IMG/VR virus record: IMGVR_UViG_3300045921_000167
Coordinates: 1 to 40,436 of that record
DNA length: 40,436 bases
Source of the DNA: a virus
Direction: 5' to 3' (one strand)
The first letter of the stretch is position 1, and each line of letters begins with the position of its first letter. Positions 7,914 to 14,785 of this stretch are shown here, piece after piece. Made by a program: the position numbers and the translations under genes. The notes under the pieces were generated by a model. The model worked only from the letters and a program-made list of their open reading frames with translations, did no database searches and had not been told where the DNA came from.

Positions 7914-8041
7914 TCAATCAACGTGAACAATTAATCAATAAGTGTAATAATAAGTCACCAAACCAGTTCATTAATTAAACTAATTGTTAGTACAAAAATT
8001 AAACTAATCATTGCAATCATAATTAATAATAAAATCAATCA
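7910..8041. repeat. AT-rich short direct-repeat cluster in a non-coding region
   Basis: TTAATCAAT occurs at 7910-7918 and 7931-7939. AATCAATCA occurs again at 8033-8041. AATTAAACTAAT occurs at 7973-7984 and 7997-8008. Confidence 0.6.
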
Positions 8042-8112
8042 CTTACATTGATATGTCTGATAATAGTCATTACCGTGTATATGATTTAACGCTGATTTCA
8101 TGGGGTTTTCAT

Positions 8113-8190
8113 CTACCTATGTGCAGGTAGGTGAAGGGGGGGTATGCCCCCTAAAAAGAGGGGTGGGTGCGAATGCTGGAGCCTCTACCT
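8113..8190. other. GC-rich structured island with mutually exclusive hairpin options
   Basis: AGGTAG (8125-8130) can pair with CTACCT at 8113-8118 or at 8185-8190. An internal GGGGG/CCCCC hairpin lies at 8138-8151. Confidence 0.35.
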
Positions 8191-8430
8191 CACCAAATAC
8201 CAGACTATCCCTAAAATATAAGCACAATTTTTATCCAATTACTCTTCACCAGCCATCAACCAACTCCCAGACTACTCCCAAATACATTGATTTATTATTA
8301 AACACTTACTCATTCCCAAGTAAATCCCAAAGTATTTTTAAAAGCTATGTACAATTTTCACCCAAACCATTTTCCATTCCCCACTAATCCCCATAAGAAA
8401 ACGACCTACCCCATACCCCCATATATCCCC
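8191..8430. repeat. G-depleted, C-rich non-coding tract with helically phased TCCCA/TCCCCA motifs
   Basis: My hand count gives about 11 G against about 78 C in 240 nt. TCCCA occurs at 8265/8276 (11-bp spacing) and 8314/8325 (11 bp). TCCCCA occurs at 8378/8388 (10 bp). C-runs follow at 8409-8412, 8416-8420 and 8427-8430. Confidence 0.6.
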
Positions 8431-8557
8431 GGGAATTTTTTAAAAATGTCTGTATTATTTTTTATCACCCTAGACGCACTTAAAAAATCAGCCATCGTCT
8501 TTCTTTATAGAATGGTTATTTTTCATGGTAAGATTGGTTGCCCATACTGGAGTTAAT

Positions 8558-8740
8558 ATGACTTTATCTGAAATAAATGAATTGTTATCCGCTCACCAAG
8601 AAGGTTTGTCTAGCGACCAACTGGATATAATAGCTTCCTATCAACCAAGAGATAAGAAGCCAATATGGGTTTTTATGGATGGTTCAGAAGGGTATTATGA
8701 TACCTCTAACCTAAGATGGGTTGTTTTGCAAAAGATTTAG
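8558..8740 (+). CDS. Hypothetical protein (60 aa; start moved to an internal ATG)
   Basis: The ATG at 8558 (MTLSEINELL..) is preceded by GGAG. Confidence 0.4.
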   Translation: MTLSEINELLSAHQEGLSSDQLDIIASYQPRDKKPIWVFMDGSEGYYDTSNLRWVVLQKI

Positions 8741-8987
8741 GAGGTTGGTTTTTTCTGGATTCCCAATCTTTTTTAAATTCCTCCTGTGTAATATGTTTCA
8801 TCATCAAGGCAGCATCTCTTTGCATAATATTTTGTGTTTGTTCAGGTAGTTTGGAATCCACTGGCGGTAACACGCCCTGTTCTATTAATGTATTTATTTC
8901 ATCCATTAGTTGTTTATATTGTTGTTCCCATGTAGATTTCTTTTTCTGTCTTCCAGATTGTCGGTTACGTTTTTTATCGTAGTTCAT
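8706..8987 (-). CDS. Hypothetical basic protein (93 aa), a lone minus-strand gene in a plus-strand block
   Basis: The ATG at 8987 (MNYDKKRNRQSGRQKKK..) is preceded by AAGGGGAAAA. Its 3' end overlaps 8558..8740 by 35 nt. Confidence 0.45.
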   Translation of the reverse strand: MNYDKKRNRQSGRQKKKSTWEQQYKQLMDEINTLIEQGVLPPVDSKLPEQTQNIMQRDAALMMKHITQEEFKKDWESRKNQPPKSFAKQPILG

Positions 8988-9079
8988 TATTTTCCCCTTA
9001 AAGTTAAAATTTATTTGCATTCGTTAGAGTCAAAATGGTTTAATACGCTGATTACGAAAGTATTCATTATGGACTTACG

Positions 9080-9274
9080 ATGCTACTAACTAACCAGCAA
9101 GCCTTGATGCTAATGCAGGTGCTATCAGATAGCTTAATGTTTAATGACAACGCCTATTTCAAGCTATCTTTTGACACTCGCAAGAACTTGCTTGAGCACA
9201 TATTATCCCAGCAATCAAAGCATCTTATTGAGTTGGAAGATTTATCTAGTCCAAGTATAAAAACTTTACAATAA
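9080..9274 (+). CDS. Hypothetical protein (64 aa)
   Basis: ORF in block orientation. The SD is weak. Confidence 0.4.
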   Translation: MLLTNQQALMLMQVLSDSLMFNDNAYFKLSFDTRKNLLEHILSQQSKHLIELEDLSSPSIKTLQ

Positions 9275-9284
9275 GGGAATTACA

Positions 9285-9533
9285 ATGAGTGATAAAGAAA
9301 TCTCAGAACAAAGTCAAATTTTATACAACACAGCAATAGGGATTATTAATGATATGCCCATTCAAGGGTATGATCGCTTTGCTGCAACTGTTACTGCTAT
9401 AAAATATCTTCTTGCTAACTTGGTTTTAAATAGCATGAGAACTGATAATCCATTGGATTACTATGAAACAATAGACGAGATATGTGAAGAAGCAAAACAA
9501 GTAATTGCCAACAAGCTTGGAGATTCACAATGA
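9285..9533 (+). CDS. Hypothetical protein (82 aa)
   Basis: AAGGGA SD. ATGA overlap with the next gene. Confidence 0.5.
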   Translation: MSDKEISEQSQILYNTAIGIINDMPIQGYDRFAATVTAIKYLLANLVLNSMRTDNPLDYYETIDEICEEAKQVIANKLGDSQ

Positions 9534-9862
9534 CCCCAGCACAAGCATTGGAAGACTTTAGACTGAATTCAATAATTAGCGAGATGACAAAGGCCATTAT
9601 AGAGGCAATGAACTCGTTTTATTCACAAACAGACAGTGGTAAGGAATATGGCTTGGTGTCCTTTAATGCTCTGGCTAATGTGATATGTGCTCTTACGGAT
9701 GGCATTAATGTTGCTGAAGATGCCAATGAATATGAACTCAAGCGTATGTTTATTGAGGACTTAGGTCGTACTGCAAAGCAAAAGATAGAGTCTCATTGGG
9801 CAGACAAGGCAATGCAGGAGCGCACAGATGCGGGTATTGTTGATGTGGGGGATTTGCAGTGA
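9530..9862 (+). CDS. Hypothetical protein (110 aa)
   Basis: ATGA-coupled to the upstream gene. Confidence 0.5.
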   Translation: MTPAQALEDFRLNSIISEMTKAIIEAMNSFYSQTDSGKEYGLVSFNALANVICALTDGINVAEDANEYELKRMFIEDLGRTAKQKIESHWADKAMQERTDAGIVDVGDLQ

Positions 9863-10110
9863 ATAGTTTCGACATTGGTGACACAGTTTATTATTTAAAG
9901 CTATGCCCAGAAACAAAAGAAATTGAAATCCTATCTGGAAAAGTAGACAGAATAATCGCTGAGCATGACAGCAAGCGTTTATTTATTTCTAAAAAAAGAA
10001 TTTGGCTTGACGTGCATTTTGATTGCATATTGTATGAAAACGCTTACAAAACCAAAGAGGACTGCATTTTGGGAGCTATAGATAAATTACAGGGTATGTT
10101 AGAAAAGTAA
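9859..10110 (+). CDS. Hypothetical protein (83 aa, GTG start)
   Basis: GTGA overlap with the upstream stop. GGGGGA lies 8 nt upstream. Confidence 0.45.
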   Translation: MNSFDIGDTVYYLKLCPETKEIEILSGKVDRIIAEHDSKRLFISKKRIWLDVHFDCILYENAYKTKEDCILGAIDKLQGMLEK

Positions 10111-10127
10111 CCGCATATAGGATAATT

Positions 10128-10313
10128 ATGGAAATCCCACAACAACTGCGTCATGACATGCTGGTATTGTTAGGTAAATTGGAAGCCCTGTCGTTTCCTT
10201 TGATGTGGCAAGCCAATAATGAAACGCTTAATCAATCGTATTATGACTTAATTGATTCAATAAAAAGCCAGTATGAGAGTATTTTGAAACGATTAATAGC
10301 GTATGAGGGGTGA
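10128..10313 (+). CDS. Hypothetical protein (61 aa)
   Basis: AGGA SD, in-block ORF. Confidence 0.45.
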   Translation: MEIPQQLRHDMLVLLGKLEALSFPLMWQANNETLNQSYYDLIDSIKSQYESILKRLIAYEG

Positions 10314-10471
10314 TGATGACTGAATTTCAGAAAATTAAACATGAGCTAGAGAAACTCTACGCATTTTTAAATGGTGCTCATTTGGCAACCAATGATGAAA
10401 ATGCCAGTGGTACATTCCATCAAGCATGTCATAAGTTACAGGATATTTTGGGGATGTTTCAGAATGATTGA
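10313..10471 (+). CDS. Small hypothetical protein (52 aa, below the ORF-track cutoff)
   Basis: Hand translation gives MMTEFQKIKHELEKLYAFLNGAHLATNDENASGTFHQACHKLQDILGMFQND. It has a TGATG overlap upstream and an ATGATTGA overlap downstream. Confidence 0.4.
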   Translation: MMTEFQKIKHELEKLYAFLNGAHLATNDENASGTFHQACHKLQDILGMFQND

Positions 10472-11042
10472 CTACATAAAACCAAAAAACAACCCGCCTG
10501 AATATTTTAAAGAAGGCATACATGTATTAATGCTGATTAATAGAGGGGTGCAGAGTAGTAATAAAGGTTCAAAAAGATGGGTAAATAAAATTATTACAAC
10601 CAATCCATTAGAGTACGATAATGCAGTCAGCGCACTGATTTCCATGCAAAATTATTTGAATAACCCAGATATAAGATTATATGCCTCTATTAATGACAGG
10701 AAATTTAATTCCGCTATTAAATTATTCAAACACCAGCAATTGGATTTGCTTCCAGAAAATGAATATAAATTTTATTCAAAAATAAATGATTCATTTTGTA
10801 GTTGTTTAATGCAGCCTGAATGCAGGAATAACAATTTGTTTTTGCTTGATGTTGATTCAAAAGACAGAAAAGAGGTAGACGGATTTTTAATAACCAACTT
10901 TGGAATAAAAATGCACTATATGTACCCGACAATCAATGGATGGCATTACATTGTCGAGCCTTTTAACCCAAAAATGTGTGAATCTATGACAACATTTGAA
11001 GTAAAAAAAGACGCATTAATGTTAATAAATTGGATTGATTGA
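10464..11042 (+). CDS. Hypothetical protein (192 aa) with DxD and GxH motifs; weak primase-polymerase (AEP)-like resemblance
   Basis: The start was moved to MIDYIKPK (ATG 10464), coupled to the upstream ORF. Motifs are NLFLLDVDSKD and, about 30 aa later, INGWHYIVEPF. Confidence 0.5.
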   Translation: MIDYIKPKNNPPEYFKEGIHVLMLINRGVQSSNKGSKRWVNKIITTNPLEYDNAVSALISMQNYLNNPDIRLYASINDRKFNSAIKLFKHQQLDLLPENEYKFYSKINDSFCSCLMQPECRNNNLFLLDVDSKDRKEVDGFLITNFGIKMHYMYPTINGWHYIVEPFNPKMCESMTTFEVKKDALMLINWID

Positions 11043-11045
11043 AAA

Positions 11046-11912
11046 ATGATTGACTACCAAAAACTGAAAGAAGCGCATGAGTTAATGCTTATATTAAGTA
11101 ACAACAATGGATGTTCATTAAGATTAACTTTTTGCGATGGAAAATTTTGGAAATATTTTTTACAGATAAACGACAAAAAAGATATTTTTGAGTTCAATTG
11201 TATTGACGACCTAATCACCAAACTCAAAGAACTAACACAAACAAAACCTAAATATGCACTTGGGGATATAGTTTGGTTATATGACTACTCCATTAATGAG
11301 ATCCAATCTTTCAAAATAGATGCGATAACACTAAAAACATTTAAATATAGCGGGAATTGCATTGAGGATGGGTTTGCGTATGAAGAAATAGCAGAAAAGG
11401 ATATTTACCCTTCCCGCGATGCCCTTATCGATGCGCAAATTGAGTATTGGAAAGGTTTAAAACAAGATAAAGTTGTACCTGTTGAAGAAAGCCAAGAGTC
11501 TAAAATATGCCCTGAGTGCGGTAGTTATTTAGATGCTTATGGGGTATGTTGGCAAACAGGATGTAGCTATATTAAGCCACTTAAGCCAGAAGACATGCAC
11601 CCCAAGTTTGAAGGTGAAGTGAAAGGGTTTAATCATTGCGAACACGATTTTGATGCATTAAAAGATGACGCTAGGTTCCGGTATTTAAGAATGATTAATG
11701 GGTGTGATTATTATATATCACGCTACAAATTCAATAATGAAATATATTGTAGTTGCGGACTTCCAGCCGATGTACCTCATGCTTGTAAATGCCGAAAATG
11801 TGGTGCTGGAAAGATAATGCCGTGTGAGCATGAACAAACAACTGAATATTATTTAGCATATCCATATAAAAAACCTAATAAATGCAAAAAATGCGGGGAG
11901 TTTTATAGATGA
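11046..11912 (+). CDS. Cys-rich zinc-ribbon protein (288 aa)
   Basis: Contains CPECGSYLDAYGVCWQTGC, CKCRKCGAGKIMPC and KCKKCGEF. Confidence 0.55.
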   Translation: MIDYQKLKEAHELMLILSNNNGCSLRLTFCDGKFWKYFLQINDKKDIFEFNCIDDLITKLKELTQTKPKYALGDIVWLYDYSINEIQSFKIDAITLKTFKYSGNCIEDGFAYEEIAEKDIYPSRDALIDAQIEYWKGLKQDKVVPVEESQESKICPECGSYLDAYGVCWQTGCSYIKPLKPEDMHPKFEGEVKGFNHCEHDFDALKDDARFRYLRMINGCDYYISRYKFNNEIYCSCGLPADVPHACKCRKCGAGKIMPCEHEQTTEYYLAYPYKKPNKCKKCGEFYR

Positions 11913-12148
11913 GTGATTTTACAAAGCAAGATTTACAGATGCTTTATAACATGATTATACATGTTAGAAATGACTACCCTGCGCTTATTAATGATAAAGA
12001 CTGTACTGATTTAAAAAATAAAATTAAAGAAAAGATAGAGCGAGAGGAACGCTACGAAAAAACCAAAATTGCTTTCGATAAAATGCGTCAATCTTTGTAT
12101 GAATCATCTCCTGATATTCTTTTAAAAGAAAAAGGCGAAAAGTCATGA
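11909..12148 (+). CDS. Hypothetical protein (79 aa); N-terminus paralogous to 12374..12604
   Basis: ATGA coupling. Starts MSDFTKQDLQML. Confidence 0.5.
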   Translation: MSDFTKQDLQMLYNMIIHVRNDYPALINDKDCTDLKNKIKEKIEREERYEKTKIAFDKMRQSLYESSPDILLKEKGEKS

Positions 12149-12381
12149 CTAAGCATGAAAAGGTTGCCAATATTATCACTTTTTTCGCCATTATGTTTGG
12201 TGAAGATAGTTCCATATGGTCTGAGGTAATGAAATTTAGTCCTGAATATATCATTGAAAAATTTGAAAGGTATGTATTGTCAACAGCAATCGAGAACCCA
12301 TGGAATATGCATCCATTACTAAAAAACACTCGATTTGATGCTTATGTTGATATATGGGGATTGGAGTTAAAAGATGAATGA
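12145..12381 (+). CDS. Hypothetical protein (78 aa)
   Basis: ATGA coupling. Confidence 0.5.
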   Translation: MTKHEKVANIITFFAIMFGEDSSIWSEVMKFSPEYIIEKFERYVLSTAIENPWNMHPLLKNTRFDAYVDIWGLELKDE

Positions 12382-12604
12382 CTTTACGAAAGAAGAATTA
12401 AAGTTATTAGGTGGCTGTGTTTTTAGTAAATTTGTCTCATCTTTAGATGATCCATCAATACATCATTTACAGCCTGATTTAAAAAAATTAAGAGATAATA
12501 TTCAATCCATGATTGAGAACTATTGTGAGCATGAGTGGAGAAGGAGCGCAATTAATGCAATATATTGCCCTTATTGCCAAAAACATGTGGAGTACAGTGA
12601 ATGA
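12374..12604 (+). CDS. Hypothetical protein (76 aa) with a C-terminal CxxC; N-terminus paralogous to 11909..12148
   Basis: Starts MNDFTKEELKLL and contains CPYCQKH. It overlaps both neighbours. Confidence 0.5.
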   Translation: MNDFTKEELKLLGGCVFSKFVSSLDDPSIHHLQPDLKKLRDNIQSMIENYCEHEWRRSAINAIYCPYCQKHVEYSE

Positions 12605-12903
12605 CAATAAAAATAAACAAAGAGCTTTTACAAGAGATAGTTGGGGAATATGCGCAGCAAGAGCGATTTGAAGTAGTGCAAAATGTTATCAGTGATCATG
12701 GTCGTTGGTCTATTTACTATGACTGCACTATCAAAGACAAAGAAACAGGCAAGTTTTATGATGCCTCTTATTCACAAGGAGCAACCGAATCACAAGACGA
12801 ATACCCATTTGAAAACGATGAACCAGATGAAGATGGAAACATTGAGCTTCATGAGGTAGAGCCATATGAGGAAATTGTGACGAAGTTTAGGAGAGTCAAA
12901 TGA
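12601..12903 (+). CDS. Hypothetical acidic protein (100 aa)
   Basis: ATGA coupling. Contains ESQDEYPFENDEPDEDGNIELHEVEPYEE. Confidence 0.5.
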   Translation: MTIKINKELLQEIVGEYAQQERFEVVQNVISDHGRWSIYYDCTIKDKETGKFYDASYSQGATESQDEYPFENDEPDEDGNIELHEVEPYEEIVTKFRRVK

Positions 12904-12979
12904 TGTTAGCAGGTTGCTCGATAGAATAAATACTCAACAATCCGAAGAACTAAAGGAAATAAAGTGAATATTACTCGCA

Positions 12980-13009
12980 TTGAACATCCCTTTTAACTTT
13001 TAATATGCT
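12980..13009 (+). promoter_or_regulatory. Candidate sigma70-type promoter ahead of the packaging/head genes
   Basis: TTGAAC (12980-12985), an 18-nt spacer, then TATGCT (13004-13009). Sequence match only. Confidence 0.25.
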
Positions 13010-13162
13010 ATATTAATAACAGCCCCCTAACTCCGTTGTTGATTTTTAAGCTCATGAAATTAACTTATAGGGGGCAATATCCTAACAATTTAGCAATAAA
13101 TCTTTACATTTCCGCAATAATTAACTTGTTTTTGATCAAATTTTCGTGATAATTTGTCAGCA

Positions 13163-13194
13163 ATGAGTCATTTTTACCCTTGTGGATGACTCAT
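13163..13194. other. 9-bp perfect hairpin 36 nt upstream of TerL
   Basis: ATGAGTCAT (13163-13171) pairs with ATGACTCAT (13186-13194) around a 14-nt loop. A second stem, CCCCCTA/TAGGGGG, lies at 13023-13029 and 13068-13074. Confidence 0.4.
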
Positions 13195-13229
13195 GCGCAT
13201 GGAGCAACTAGGCAAAGGACTGCCCCTTC

Positions 13230-14783
13230 ATGGACAAAATGCAAGCCGAGTTAAAGCGAGCCGAATTGGCTGCGAAACTCAAAGGTAGTTTATTACTATT
13301 CATTCAAGCCTTTTATCCGATACTGACTGGCCGAGATTTTATTATTTCAAAGCCAGTTGGTAGGGAAAGTCATTTCATTACGATTTGTAAAGCATTAACC
13401 AAGTGTTCCAGATTGGAATCTTTAAGGCTTTTGATTAATGTCCCTCCGGGGCATGGTAAATCAACATTAGTAACATTTTGGATTGCATGGTGTATGGCTA
13501 AATGGCCAGATTCAAACTTTTTGTATATTTCTTATTCTAAAACACTGGCTGCTAAACACACTGATTTAGTCAAAAGGATAATGTCTTTATCACAATACAA
13601 GACTTTGTTTGGCGTTAAGTTAAGGGATGACTCACAAGCCAAAGATTCTTTTACGACCGAAAATGGGGGTACAGTCGCAGCTTTCGGTTCTGCTGGTTCG
13701 ATTACTGGTAACAACGCAGGATTGCCCGGACTAGACAGGTTTTCTGGTGCTGTGATTATCGATGATGCTCATAAGCCAGATGAAGTGCATTCTGATTTAA
13801 TTCGCGAAGGCGTCATCAATAATTATAAAGAAACCATCCAACAACGACCTCGCGGTATCAATGTCCCTATTGTGTTCATAGGACAAAGGCTTCATCAAAA
13901 GGATTTGCCAGCCTACTTTATAGATGGGGAAGATGGATATGTCTGGGATAAGGTAATACTGAAGTCTCTTGATGAGGCAGGAAACGCTCTTTATCCAGAG
14001 GCTTTCCCGCTAGAAATGTTGCTTATAAGAAAAGAAAAAGACCGCTATGTATTTGCAGCACAACACCAGCAAGACCCGCAGCCTGCTGGTGGTGGTTTAT
14101 ACATGGAAACGGATTTTGCATTACTTGATTACGAGCCTGAGTATTTAGTCACCTTCATTACTGCTGACACTGCTGAGACAGAAGACCCTCGTAATGATGC
14201 CACTGCATTTTCCTTCTGGGGTTTGTATTACATTGAAACCCAAGGGAGAAAAACAGATGTATTGGGATTGCATTGGATATCCTGTCGTGAAATGCGAGTT
14301 GAGCCAAAGAAACTTGAAGGTGAGTTTTTGGATTTCTGGCAAGATTGTGCAAGACATCCTATGCCTCCTATGCTTGCTTTTATAGAGAAAAAATCAACAG
14401 GGGTAACGCTTGTATCAGTTTTAAAGGACATGCGTGGTCTTAAAGTACGTGAAATAGAGCGCACCAGAGCTTCGGGAAGTAAGTCCCAAAGATTCATTGA
14501 TATTCAGCCATACATAGCAGCAAAACGAGTGTCATTGCCTGTTGATGGTGTACACACAAAAATGTGTATAGAGCATATGACAAAGATTACAAACAACGAC
14601 TCACATGCCCATGATGATATAGCCGATACCGCAAGTGATGCCGTTAATATCGCATTAATGGGTAATTTGCTTTTTGCTTACACTAAAAAGAGTAGCAACT
14701 ATACAAACGCATCAAGAGAAGCAGTAAAAAATTATAAACAACTCATGAACCTTAGAAATAAGGCTTACGTTAAAAGGATTTAA
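13230..14783 (+). CDS. terL: Terminase large subunit
   Basis: Walker A VPPGHGKST and Walker B AVIIDDAHK. Nuclease-domain acidic motifs FITADTAE and HDDIADTASDA. It lies directly upstream of the portal gene. Confidence 0.9.
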   Translation: MDKMQAELKRAELAAKLKGSLLLFIQAFYPILTGRDFIISKPVGRESHFITICKALTKCSRLESLRLLINVPPGHGKSTLVTFWIAWCMAKWPDSNFLYISYSKTLAAKHTDLVKRIMSLSQYKTLFGVKLRDDSQAKDSFTTENGGTVAAFGSAGSITGNNAGLPGLDRFSGAVIIDDAHKPDEVHSDLIREGVINNYKETIQQRPRGINVPIVFIGQRLHQKDLPAYFIDGEDGYVWDKVILKSLDEAGNALYPEAFPLEMLLIRKEKDRYVFAAQHQQDPQPAGGGLYMETDFALLDYEPEYLVTFITADTAETEDPRNDATAFSFWGLYYIETQGRKTDVLGLHWISCREMRVEPKKLEGEFLDFWQDCARHPMPPMLAFIEKKSTGVTLVSVLKDMRGLKVREIERTRASGSKSQRFIDIQPYIAAKRVSLPVDGVHTKMCIEHMTKITNNDSHAHDDIADTASDAVNIALMGNLLFAYTKKSSNYTNASREAVKNYKQLMNLRNKAYVKRI

Positions 14784-14785
14784 CA

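Noticed and set aside
8125-8195. Possible tRNA or tRNA-like element (sequence ends ...CTACCTCACCA and contains GGTGCGAATGC reminiscent of a T-loop)
   Set aside because: I could not build a 7-bp acceptor stem, a 5-bp T-stem or an anticodon arm. Only 5-6-bp pairings exist, so it is not a tRNA.
8100-8556. Tracked + strand ORFs 8100..8387 (95 aa) and 8347..8556 (69 aa)
   Set aside because: Their Pro/Ser/Thr-rich, low-complexity translations are what a C-rich, G-poor sequence yields in any frame. There is no SD and no coupling to neighbours. I treat the region as non-coding.
13181-13189. DnaA-box-like TGTGGATGA (reverse complement TCATCCACA) in the hairpin loop before TerL
   Set aside because: It mismatches the TTWTNCACA consensus at an invariant T, occurs only once, and does not sit in a replication context.
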